This document shows positions 34,124-43,980 of a stretch of 64,000 bases of DNA, piece by piece. The notes beneath the pieces were generated by a model. That model was not told the DNA's origin. It made no database searches and saw only the letters and a list, made by a program, of their open reading frames with translations. Location of the stretch: IMG/VR virus record IMGVR_UViG_3300025132_007963, positions 96,001-160,000 of that record. One strand, written 5' to 3'. Numbering within the stretch: position 1 is the stretch's first letter; every line of letters starts with the position of its first letter. The translations under genes and the position numbers were made by a program. The stretch comes from a virus.

Positions 34124-37100
34124 TTAATCATCACAAACTTTAGAATTAACATTACCATCTTCATCAAACTCTTCTGTCGTTCTTTCTTGGTTTTCATTAC
34201 AGTTGGCTTCTTTAAGTTTCTTACTTGCCTCTTCTCCCGGTAGTTCAGGCATTGCCAAGGCTAAAAGCCCAGGAGGTAACAGTGGCCCACCATAACCCTC
34301 TGGTCCAAGAGCGCTGTTAAATGTACCAACTACATGCTTTATACTATTAAGTAGTGGTTTAAAATCTCCCTTAGTGAAAAAAGTGGGAAACGCAGTTATT
34401 AAATACCAACCAATACCTTTTGTAATGTCCATTGGAGCGCCAAGTGTTATAGGCATAAATTTATCTCTACTTTCGTTTTGACCACCTAGTAGGTTTGGTT
34501 GTTTTCCTCTTCCCATCTTAGCTGCAGCGCCGCCCAGAGAACCCATTGTTAGTCCCTTTGGAAGTTCACATGGATTTTCCATAAATATTTGAGCCATCTG
34601 TTTGTAGCCTGGATCTAGAAATTGAGCTTGGCCTCTTATCATAGTTGGAACAGCCATCAAAATCATTTTACCGATCATGGCTGCAATATCACCCAACGAA
34701 ACATCAGCTTCTGGGGCGAGCCCATCCCCCATTTGTGATGATAAGATATTATTGTAAAGCGAATTATTCTCAGATAGTAAGTCGCCTTGATTTCCTATGT
34801 CTAAAGAATTTGAAGAAACATTACTAATTGTGTTAAAGATCCTCAATATAGTACCTCTTGTTGGTACAAACATGTTATCTAATCTTCTATTGTCTTTAAA
34901 TATTTTTAACGATTGATGAAAATATAAACTGGTATATCTGTCTAATGGAAATACAAAATCAAACAAATAAGACATATCTTCATTTTCAGGTGATATTTTT
35001 GTTCTTCTATTGTTTTCATCTTTGTTACCATATCCAAACATTTTAGTTACTAAAATATCAAAATATTTATCATGAAGTTCAATTTTATTTCTTGCTTGTA
35101 TGTTTTGATAAGCATTATTGGCACCGGCAGATCGAAAATCACTGTCACTTTCATTCCTTCGATTTATAAAATTTTTGATGTAAGAAGCTTCTTGATCGCT
35201 GACAAGACAACTTGGCCTATTAAAAGCTGAATAACCGTGTTGATCTTCTGAAGCTCCATCATTGTTACCTCGGACCATAGTGTAATTAACATATTGCCCC
35301 AAGCAATCCATGGGAACTTCTACTTCAACTATCGGAGTTGGATATATAAAATTTGTAGAATCTTTAAAAAGCATGCCCGTCTGGCGTTGATCATCTGTTT
35401 CCCTTATACTTAGACGAAGCTTGTTTGTACCAAAAAGTATGGCTGCTTTTTCTGAATTTGTATTAACAAAAGCTTCGCCTTCACCGTAATTGTCTGATCG
35501 TAAATCTGCATGGACCACCCTATTTAGAGAATCTGTGTCAAGAAAAGCTTTGACGTTATTTGCGGATAATGAAGCCAAGTATGATTTGTTTACTATAGAC
35601 AATAATGAATGTGGGCCGAAGAGAGCATCATTAAAATTTTTATCAAAAGAAACCGGGATATATCTTCCAGTTTCAACTTGAGAACTATCGAGAGCACCCA
35701 AATCTCTTACAGCAGTTGACAAAAGCTCTTTCTGATCCTGCCTCATTGTATCGGCAGTGCTGGGGCCTGTGTTGGCGCCAAAGTCGAACCCTTGACCAAT
35801 AGTGATATTTTGTAATTCTGTATTGAAATCGTGACCATCAATACGATTGCTAGATACAGCAAAAGGTGGAGCAACATACCCAAACTCTGTTGTCGAAATA
35901 ACTCTTGTATCTGTAAAGGCACGTGCAAATGGTGCGCCTTGTCTTAACGTGCGCTGAATAGGGTCTGAGATTGTTTTTGCTTCAGAATAATTATCAAGCG
36001 GCCTGAGAGTGTTGATGAGTGAGGGCATAAGATCCGAGGTCATTAGCGCGGGACCACCACGGGCGCCCTGCTCAAGGCTTGGAATTCCCTTTCTTTGTCC
36101 ACTATGTATTTCTTTGGGGTCAATTGAATCAACTTCTTTTCCGGATCCGACACGGCGAACAGATTTTTGCTGAGCGTCTGCTGTAGAGATTCTTACTTGA
36201 ACCCGGCCAGCAGGGGCCACGGCTAATGCTGCAGCGGTTTCCTCACTCCTACTAGGCCTAGGGTCTGTCGAAGATTGAATTGTTCCAAAGTCTACTCCTG
36301 GGTTATATTCTTTTCTTTCTTCACTTGGAATATTGGCATACATCATATCTCCAACACCTGGTTGAAAAACCAATCTTAAGCCAACTGTGACGCCTCCATT
36401 TAAAACTCTATTTTTTAACGCTATTATATCTTCATCAATGTCATTGTTCTGCAAAACCATTTTCGTTAACTTTTGACCAATTTGAGTTTCTGTAATCCGT
36501 TGTGAAGCTCCGGCGAGGCCAAACATTCTTTTAAGAGTTTGAAATTCTGCATTCTTTAATTTAAACTTTTGCAATTCTTGAAGGCCCACATTATATTGGG
36601 CATGTGAATTTTGTATATCTGCAGAAAGGCCAGCAATAGTAGTCGGTGCTGCTCCTTTAACATGATAAAGAGATTCTCGCTCATTAGACCCAAACGGTGC
36701 AAACAATAACAAGAGATCTTCTAGATCTCTCAAGGAAAATGCGCCAGTATATTTGGCTGGGTGAAAAACTGCCATTGCATAACTCATTGGTAATCCGACA
36801 AGATGTAAATGATTTTTTTCTCCAGTTCGATTATTGTAAATTATATCAGTCAGTTGCCTTAATATATCTTCATCTAGTTTGTAATAAGTTTCTAAATAAA
36901 ATTTACCTTGATTTAAATCTTTGCCAGCCTCTTGCGATATGTATGTCGAATCCTTATTTTGTTCAATGTATTCAGAAATGTTTGTAGTTATTTTATCGGA
37001 TAATTTACCTCTCTGGGTAGGTTGCATTAAACTTTCAAAACTTTCAACAGTTACTCTTTCTGGTATTTTAAAAGGCTCGTCGCGGCGCAGCAGATCTTCA

Positions 37101-40100
37101 TTAACAATTGTTGGGTCAAATTTAAAATCATTTTCTGATATCGGCGCAGTTAATCTTCTTTCATAATCATCTAAAATTTCATGATAATATTCATCCTTAA
37201 AAGAACTCCACTCAGGCTTAAAGCCATTTTCACTTATTTTTTTGGTTAAAGATCCTATTTTTGAAATAACAAATTTTTCAAAAAATATGTCTATTGCTGT
37301 GCTTATAGAACTTTCATTTGTCATTTCTAGTATTTTGCTTCTAATATTTATAGCTGCAGTTTTGCCTAGCTCACTTTCAAGTGACTTCTTTACTAAACTT
37401 ATAACGTGTTTTTCTTCCATGACCCGGGTGAGGTCAAACCTGCCTGCTAAATATAATTGTTTAAAAATATACTCAATGACAAATGTCAGCACATATAAAA
37501 CTGCTAATGTTTTTAAATTAGCCTCTTCTAGCGGACCAGGTTTTGAGAAGTCTCTATTTTGCGGTGCATTCTTTGGCTCGCACAAAGAATTTTGCATATC
37601 TTTTAATGTTTCATCTATTAACTCTTGAAAGTCAATTAGCGGCGGTATCTTTTCTAAACAAAAACTGCCATCATCTTGTGGAACTTTTTTAAATTCTTGT
37701 GTCAATCTTGTATTAAGTGTGTTCATTTCAGCCAAGTCAAAAAACTTAGACTTCGATATACTATTTGATATTTTGTCTAAAAATCTATCAACCATAAGTG
37801 AATAAGGTCCATTTTTAAGTTCTCTCCACCATTGATCTCCAACATAATTCTTTTTTCCAAAAGACTCAACAAGCCCCGGGGGAGCTGCAACTAAATTCGA
37901 TCTACCAGACCCTAATCTCTTTGCACCAAATGCAATTTTATTAAATAATTTCTTCTTATCTATTAGCTTTAAGTAATATGATGGGTTATTGCCTTCAGAT
38001 GTCTTTATAGCTGTTTGTATACCGCTCTCCCACGATTTAATAAACATATCTGCAAACGCTCCGCCTCTAAGTGAAATCTCAGGAATACCTTCATCACTGA
38101 ACATATCTAATGCTCGTTTACGACGAGTTGCAAATCTTTCTGGTAGTTTTTTGACATAATTTTCTAACACATTTGTTCTGACGGAGCCTATAGAATAACA
38201 ATCTTTTAACGATGAACCTACGGTAGCAGTTCTTCTATCAATAAAATTATCTCTGTAGACCACTGCAGTTTCATCACTGACTTGTACTAAATTAAAAGCA
38301 TTATTTTCTACCGGGGCCACTGTTTGAAAACTGGGTATATTAATTTGTAGAAAATGATCTACTCTATACGCGCTTGTTGATTGCTCTCCATGCACGCCTA
38401 CGGAATTTAATATATCAATTTCATAAAAAGAAGAGTAATCCTCTGTTCCAATCCTATAGTCAGTTTTATATAGTTGATTTTGCCCGTCTAATAAAAGTTT
38501 TTTCAGTTCATTTGCTTCAGACTGCATTGTACTAAAATATTTTTGAGCCTGTTGCTCTGTGGTATCGCCGTTGTATTTAATATCTATGCCGCCATCTTTA
38601 ATCTCCAGGCCAGATATGGCGTCACTAAGGATATATGGTGCACCATCTTCGATAGAAACAGGTCTTTTACCTAGAACTTCTCTTACTACTTCGTTATTTT
38701 CGTCGTAAACAAGCTCTCCGTTACTATCTCTTAATGGCTGACCCAGGATATCTTCAACAATTAATTTTCCTGGCTTATATAACGCGGGAGGTGGCTCAGG
38801 TGGATCACCTGCCGCGCTTTGAGCCAATATTTGATTTATTAAATGTTTGTATTGTAAGTCTAAGATTACATCAAATTCGGGATCGTCTGGACCCATAAGC
38901 CTAGTATAGGATGAATAAAAAGATGGAACATATCCTTTCAAATCAAATTTAAACATATGTTCTACAGATGACAACACTGTGCCTGTTGTTATTTTTGATA
39001 ATTTACTAAAATTAGGATTATCATAAGGGCCGGCGCCGGCGCCTAAGTTGCTTGAATCCGGACACCCTGAGCCAGCTGGAGAGACCCCCGGTTTACTATA
39101 GCCCAATCCAGCATCTGCTAGTAAATCTTTGAGCGGGTCTTTCTCAAGCAATCGATTAATTCCTTCTCTTTTGCTTGCTGCATCTTCTAAAGCTCTGTTG
39201 ATTTCATCTGGTGTTGCGCCCTCTTCTAGCAATTGTTGACGGAGAGGTTTTCTGTCTTTTTCAAAACAAAGATCATCTCCAACAACAATGTTTGACAATC
39301 TAGACATTTTTTCACACATAGCAGGATCAATAAAAGATCCTAAAATTTCAAAAAAGTCAGCTATCTCATCATCACTATCCATAAATTCACTGAATTGAGA
39401 TTCAGAGTTAATTATGATTTGTTTTACTATCGCCATTGTTTGTGCGGTTGCAGTTCCATCAAATAGAGAACATATTTCACTTGGAGTTAAAGCTAATGAT
39501 ATCTTGTCAAAAATATCTGCAGCTCCAGACAATGCCTCCGGAGGGATATCCATTTCTTCTAAAGCTTGTTGTGACTTCTTGAAAGTTTCAGCTTTATCTG
39601 CGATTGTAGGGTCGTTTAGGCCATCGCCATTATCTTTTCCATCTCCCATCAACTCTGACATAGCTAAAGCACCGAAATCTATTAAATCCTGACAATCTGG
39701 TGCTTGCAAGAGATCTAATATCGCCCTGACCAGTCCGCACAGAAAAGCAATTATTAGATCGATAATTGCAGCTTCTATTATTGGAATTATAAAGGCTATT
39801 GGATCAAAAGTTGGTAAGTCTGGAATGTCTGGTATGGTAAAATCAAAGTCCCATTGAAACTCTGGTGGCCATGGAAAATCAGGTAAACATTCCGCATATT
39901 TACAAAACAGCGCTGGAAAGTCGAACTTATTTAAAAATTCATCAAATAATTCTTCTAGAGTGCACAAATCCCCCAATGGCAGCATGTCATTTATGTTATA
40001 AGTTTTTCCGCGCTCCACTGTAAATACATCATCTCTCCACTCGATAGCATCTATTTGATCGCCTAAAGATTTTAATTCTTCTTCAATCTTACTTACGTTA

Positions 40101-42091
40101 GATTTGATCGATGGCATCATTTTAACAGATATTAAAGATTTAGGCCTCGAAGGAATAACTACGGGAGTTGGATATGTGTACTTTAAAAAGAAACCTATGG
40201 CTCCAGATGATGCTGCATCATTACAACCAAATAGTCCACCGTTACCATCACGGTACATTTGATCTAGGTGAAAAAAGTAGGCCATAGTTTTTGGGTTGTT
40301 CCATGGTGGTCCCGCAGGAGAAATGGCAGTTCCTGTGACAATCTCCATTCCAGCTGTCAGGACAAGAGGATCCTCTCCCTTTGGCAGATATGTTATCGAG
40401 GTGATAGAAGCACCGACAACTTTTAGTATAGATTGAGAACTACTTATTGATCTTTGTTTTTTTACCTCACTAAACGTAATCTGTAATTTACCGCCATTTA
40501 AGCCTGCTTCTAGTATATTAATACCATTTACTGCAAGTATTGCCGTTAAGCCCGTGAACGTCGATCCTAGGCGGTCTGCTTCCTTTTGAGGGTTAACAGG
40601 GGGCTTGAGTGCTCCCCCGTCTGCTTTAAACTTATCTAAGTCCTTTTGAAATCCAATCATTTTAGTTTGCACAGATGCCAAATACGTATTTAAAAACATT
40701 AAATCATAAATTTGGGTGCCTGGGAAACTTTCAGACGCAACGTTCTTTGCAGCATTATCAGCAGAAAATAAATTTCGAAACCTAGCTTTTGCTGCGCTAT
40801 GAATTCTATTTTTTACTGATTCTGCACTAAGTTTATTCAAAAGGCGTCTTGGGTCAGGGTTTTGTAATACTCCAGTGCCTGGCTGAAGTAATCTTTCTGC
40901 ATCTCTTGCAAACTTTTTAGAGTATTTTCTAGCCGCTTGAGTTGCCTTTCTTCTAACTTGTCGCGTAGTTTTAGAAAAGTTTTTAACACCTGAAGTGACT
41001 TGTTCGGCTACTTCGTATACCTCTCTTCCGGTTTCATAAATCTGTTCTGCTGTTTCAACTACATCTTGCACAGTGGTGGCATTACTGATTGGTACTTTTT
41101 CAAACATCTCTGCTCTTACCATAACCGTAAATTTAAATTTGGAGCCAGGACGTCGGGTTGGGCTATGTATTTTCTTTATAGATGCAAAAATTGGAGGAGC
41201 GCCCGGTTCTAAAGATTGGCCAAAAAAAACACTAACTGTATTATTTCTTTCGGCGTTCATGCTTTGTAGCAAGTTTTGAGATTCAACAGTCATTCTAAAT
41301 TCTTGTTGTTTCCTTAGACCACTAGCATCTATTCTATTTTGACTTCTTAACACTGGTTCGAACACAGTTGAATTTGGCTGATCGCCTTCTACAAGCCATG
41401 TTTTTCTACGCTTATAGAAATCAAATATTTTTCTAGTGCCCTCTTGTAGAGCCCTTTCTGCAGCTCTGTATATGGTTCTTCTATTAGTTTCTTCACCAAC
41501 CCTGTTATTAACATCACTTCTACTAAGATTAGATATGTGAGTGTAATAGTAAAATTTACCATCTGTAGTGGGATTAGTTGGCGTTTCCAGTGGATCTCTT
41601 TCTGCCAAAGCCTGAAGGGGATCTATATTTGTACCCTTTAGTTGAGTTCTTATAGCAGCTAACTCGTCAAGTGTTTGCTTAACAGCTACTGCGATACTTA
41701 TGCCTGAATGATTAACTGAGCGACCTAAAGGAGACCTCTGACCCGTTTTGGTCATGACCATAGCTTTAAGTGTTGCATCACCAATCTGACCTTTCTCGGC
41801 GCGCCAGAGAGGATGATCTGTATCAACAAACTCTATTTCAATGCCAGCAATTTCTGTTTGTGAAGATCCAAGATTTCCGATTTCTATTATTAAGTCTCGA
41901 TTTCTGTTTTGAAATTTTATTAATTCTTTTTTTGTTCTTTCATCAAAAAAATCGCCAGCGCCAAAATCTATGCCTAAAAATCTTTTAATTGCAAGTATCT
42001 GCAAACCTTTGTCACCCTTCTTATAAGGGGTGTCAAAAACCATTGTTTTAGCATTTCTACTTTCACTAGTTGCAATTAAAAATGACGCCAT
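34124..42091 (-). CDS. giant (2655 aa) virion-associated protein with N-terminal peptidoglycan-binding-like domain
   Basis: YKKGDKGLQILAIKRFLG...DFFDERTKKELIKFQ...GQIGDATLKAM resembles PG_binding_1; largely helical, Cys-containing body. Confidence 0.5.
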   Translation of the reverse strand: MASFLIATSESRNAKTMVFDTPYKKGDKGLQILAIKRFLGIDFGAGDFFDERTKKELIKFQNRNRDLIIEIGNLGSSQTEIAGIEIEFVDTDHPLWRAEKGQIGDATLKAMVMTKTGQRSPLGRSVNHSGISIAVAVKQTLDELAAIRTQLKGTNIDPLQALAERDPLETPTNPTTDGKFYYYTHISNLSRSDVNNRVGEETNRRTIYRAAERALQEGTRKIFDFYKRRKTWLVEGDQPNSTVFEPVLRSQNRIDASGLRKQQEFRMTVESQNLLQSMNAERNNTVSVFFGQSLEPGAPPIFASIKKIHSPTRRPGSKFKFTVMVRAEMFEKVPISNATTVQDVVETAEQIYETGREVYEVAEQVTSGVKNFSKTTRQVRRKATQAARKYSKKFARDAERLLQPGTGVLQNPDPRRLLNKLSAESVKNRIHSAAKARFRNLFSADNAAKNVASESFPGTQIYDLMFLNTYLASVQTKMIGFQKDLDKFKADGGALKPPVNPQKEADRLGSTFTGLTAILAVNGINILEAGLNGGKLQITFSEVKKQRSISSSQSILKVVGASITSITYLPKGEDPLVLTAGMEIVTGTAISPAGPPWNNPKTMAYFFHLDQMYRDGNGGLFGCNDAASSGAIGFFLKYTYPTPVVIPSRPKSLISVKMMPSIKSNVSKIEEELKSLGDQIDAIEWRDDVFTVERGKTYNINDMLPLGDLCTLEELFDEFLNKFDFPALFCKYAECLPDFPWPPEFQWDFDFTIPDIPDLPTFDPIAFIIPIIEAAIIDLIIAFLCGLVRAILDLLQAPDCQDLIDFGALAMSELMGDGKDNGDGLNDPTIADKAETFKKSQQALEEMDIPPEALSGAADIFDKISLALTPSEICSLFDGTATAQTMAIVKQIIINSESQFSEFMDSDDEIADFFEILGSFIDPAMCEKMSRLSNIVVGDDLCFEKDRKPLRQQLLEEGATPDEINRALEDAASKREGINRLLEKDPLKDLLADAGLGYSKPGVSPAGSGCPDSSNLGAGAGPYDNPNFSKLSKITTGTVLSSVEHMFKFDLKGYVPSFYSSYTRLMGPDDPEFDVILDLQYKHLINQILAQSAAGDPPEPPPALYKPGKLIVEDILGQPLRDSNGELVYDENNEVVREVLGKRPVSIEDGAPYILSDAISGLEIKDGGIDIKYNGDTTEQQAQKYFSTMQSEANELKKLLLDGQNQLYKTDYRIGTEDYSSFYEIDILNSVGVHGEQSTSAYRVDHFLQINIPSFQTVAPVENNAFNLVQVSDETAVVYRDNFIDRRTATVGSSLKDCYSIGSVRTNVLENYVKKLPERFATRRKRALDMFSDEGIPEISLRGGAFADMFIKSWESGIQTAIKTSEGNNPSYYLKLIDKKKLFNKIAFGAKRLGSGRSNLVAAPPGLVESFGKKNYVGDQWWRELKNGPYSLMVDRFLDKISNSISKSKFFDLAEMNTLNTRLTQEFKKVPQDDGSFCLEKIPPLIDFQELIDETLKDMQNSLCEPKNAPQNRDFSKPGPLEEANLKTLAVLYVLTFVIEYIFKQLYLAGRFDLTRVMEEKHVISLVKKSLESELGKTAAINIRSKILEMTNESSISTAIDIFFEKFVISKIGSLTKKISENGFKPEWSSFKDEYYHEILDDYERRLTAPISENDFKFDPTIVNEDLLRRDEPFKIPERVTVESFESLMQPTQRGKLSDKITTNISEYIEQNKDSTYISQEAGKDLNQGKFYLETYYKLDEDILRQLTDIIYNNRTGEKNHLHLVGLPMSYAMAVFHPAKYTGAFSLRDLEDLLLLFAPFGSNERESLYHVKGAAPTTIAGLSADIQNSHAQYNVGLQELQKFKLKNAEFQTLKRMFGLAGASQRITETQIGQKLTKMVLQNNDIDEDIIALKNRVLNGGVTVGLRLVFQPGVGDMMYANIPSEERKEYNPGVDFGTIQSSTDPRPSRSEETAAALAVAPAGRVQVRISTADAQQKSVRRVGSGKEVDSIDPKEIHSGQRKGIPSLEQGARGGPALMTSDLMPSLINTLRPLDNYSEAKTISDPIQRTLRQGAPFARAFTDTRVISTTEFGYVAPPFAVSSNRIDGHDFNTELQNITIGQGFDFGANTGPSTADTMRQDQKELLSTAVRDLGALDSSQVETGRYIPVSFDKNFNDALFGPHSLLSIVNKSYLASLSANNVKAFLDTDSLNRVVHADLRSDNYGEGEAFVNTNSEKAAILFGTNKLRLSIRETDDQRQTGMLFKDSTNFIYPTPIVEVEVPMDCLGQYVNYTMVRGNNDGASEDQHGYSAFNRPSCLVSDQEASYIKNFINRRNESDSDFRSAGANNAYQNIQARNKIELHDKYFDILVTKMFGYGNKDENNRRTKISPENEDMSYLFDFVFPLDRYTSLYFHQSLKIFKDNRRLDNMFVPTRGTILRIFNTISNVSSNSLDIGNQGDLLSENNSLYNNILSSQMGDGLAPEADVSLGDIAAMIGKMILMAVPTMIRGQAQFLDPGYKQMAQIFMENPCELPKGLTMGSLGGAAAKMGRGKQPNLLGGQNESRDKFMPITLGAPMDITKGIGWYLITAFPTFFTKGDFKPLLNSIKHVVGTFNSALGPEGYGGPLLPPGLLALAMPELPGEEASKKLKEANCNENQERTTEEFDEDGNVNSKVCDD

Positions 42092-42105
42092 AACTTAAAC
42101 TTTAC

Positions 42106-43956
42106 CTAATTGTTATTATTGTATCTACTTCTAATACATCGCGGAGCACCTGACTTTAAATATCTTAGTCTAAAACTATTCATATTCCATTTTTCCGCAA
42201 CAATGGAAAATGATTCAACAGAAACCAACTCAATCAAAGATCCAATGCACGCTGGTAGTGCGACTGGAGATGGCAAAGTTGGTGCGCCAAAAAATGGTGA
42301 TATGTGAAAATGTGCTGCTAGCGCTGCATCAAGTTGTGCAATATTATTTACACACCCTTGTACAGTTCCTGTTATTTGTTCTATTATTTTACACAAATCA
42401 CTAAATGCAGAAGTTACATTATTACCTAGTAGCATTGGCTGTAATCTTTTATCATCGTTACCAGCAATAATATCGATACCTGCTGTCTTGGTTATTCTAC
42501 CACCTTGAGAATTTTTAGCATCCCCACGTGTAATTAACTTTATGCCTTCTCTACCTATAACTCTTATACCATCTGCTTTGAGCGCTATAGCAGATCTAGC
42601 TACTTTGTTGCCTATTCTGCCCTTTGCTAATTGAAAATTATCATCGACATCTGTTTTTTGACTAATGTATATTCTAGCTGCGTCCATAACTGAGCCGTAT
42701 TCGCTCTCAATTTGCACAGGCATTGGATCTACATATATTGGCTTACCTTTAAAATCAACAGACCTCGGCACAGGGCTCATTCTTCCTGCAACTAGATCTA
42801 TTGCGGCGCATTGAGTGTGGCCGCTTCCACCATACCCAGATGCTCTAGAATCTATTCTGTCCCTACCCAAAACTATCCATGCATTATTTTTATTGTTTAT
42901 TACTTTTTCAGTATTAAGTTCTACAAAGCCAGGTACTGCTTCAATCATGATGTCACCAGCAATACCCCTATTTCTACTTAACGCAACTGTATCCATGTTA
43001 GAGAGAATCTCTTGTTCTTGTTTAGATAGGCCAATTAACTGCACAGACCCTTTTACATTAGGTTGGCGCAAATTTAAACTAGCCTCTTTATCATCATCCT
43101 TTAAAGGATTGAGGCCTCTTTTAGCTATATCTAGGGCGGCGCCGATGCCGGCTTGGGCGGTAGCCGCAGCATCTTCAGCATCTCCACGCAATCCAATTGG
43201 TGTATCTGGATTTAGGTTGGATGCAATTTTATTTATTTTTGTTTGTATTTTATTGGAGGATACATCTTTTTCTATTTTCGCTTCAAATCTTTCTTCTTCT
43301 ATATCCTCTTCAAGCTCTCCGAGAGGATCTTCTGGTCCCAAAAATTCTGGATTAGCATCAAAAGAATTAACGGTTGGGCCTGAGCCGATAAGACCAGCTG
43401 ACTGTGATGAACCCAAAGGTGCTCCAGTAGCTAAATTAGCTGCTTCGAAATCTCTAGTTTTATTATCTAAAAAGGCTCCGTCTTGACCAGCCTGGGCTCT
43501 TTGAATGTCATCTTGAAAGGGTGGTGGTGGTGAAACAACAGAGGGACCTGCCACAATAGTGTTTTGGTCATCAGGAGCTATTTCGTCACTATTTATGTTT
43601 ATAGACCGTTCAGGTACAGAATCTTCCGTTGTTGGACTTGAGACAACTGATTGCTCTGCATTAATAATTGCTCCTGCTTCGTCGCGGAAGAGAGCAACAT
43701 TAGCGCCATCGGCTGCATTGATAGATGCTTCATCAAAATTTTCAAATGTAATATCATAATTGCCTTGATACTCGGCATTAGCCCATTGTTCTGCCTCTTC
43801 TTTCATCAAAGAAATCGAGGAAAGAGATATGCTTCCTGGGTTTGTTGCCGAGAATTTTTGAGTTCTTTCAATTACACCTGTCTCGATATCAACCACTCGA
43901 AGCACAGCTGTTTTGTTCATATCATTGCTTACGTATATTTTAACTCTTCGTGCCAT
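42106..43956 (-). CDS. putative baseplate central spike protein (gp5 C-terminal beta-helix-like) with acidic low-complexity N-half
   Basis: C-half has repetitive short beta-strand motifs (NNAWIVLGRDR, AIDLVAG, ARIYISQKT, IALKADGIRVIGREGIKLIT); synteny upstream of gp25/gp6. Confidence 0.45.
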   Translation of the reverse strand: MARRVKIYVSNDMNKTAVLRVVDIETGVIERTQKFSATNPGSISLSSISLMKEEAEQWANAEYQGNYDITFENFDEASINAADGANVALFRDEAGAIINAEQSVVSSPTTEDSVPERSININSDEIAPDDQNTIVAGPSVVSPPPPFQDDIQRAQAGQDGAFLDNKTRDFEAANLATGAPLGSSQSAGLIGSGPTVNSFDANPEFLGPEDPLGELEEDIEEERFEAKIEKDVSSNKIQTKINKIASNLNPDTPIGLRGDAEDAAATAQAGIGAALDIAKRGLNPLKDDDKEASLNLRQPNVKGSVQLIGLSKQEQEILSNMDTVALSRNRGIAGDIMIEAVPGFVELNTEKVINNKNNAWIVLGRDRIDSRASGYGGSGHTQCAAIDLVAGRMSPVPRSVDFKGKPIYVDPMPVQIESEYGSVMDAARIYISQKTDVDDNFQLAKGRIGNKVARSAIALKADGIRVIGREGIKLITRGDAKNSQGGRITKTAGIDIIAGNDDKRLQPMLLGNNVTSAFSDLCKIIEQITGTVQGCVNNIAQLDAALAAHFHISPFFGAPTLPSPVALPACIGSLIELVSVESFSIVAEKWNMNSFRLRYLKSGAPRCIRSRYNNNN

Positions 43957-43980
43957 TAACTATCTCTTTTTTAATTAAAC

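Noticed and set aside
42815-43486. 223-aa plus-strand ORF, and all other plus-strand ORFs in the track
   Set aside because: They are antisense shadows of well-supported minus-strand genes, have no SD or recognisable motifs, and show the Ser/Leu/Phe-rich composition typical of reverse-frame translation.
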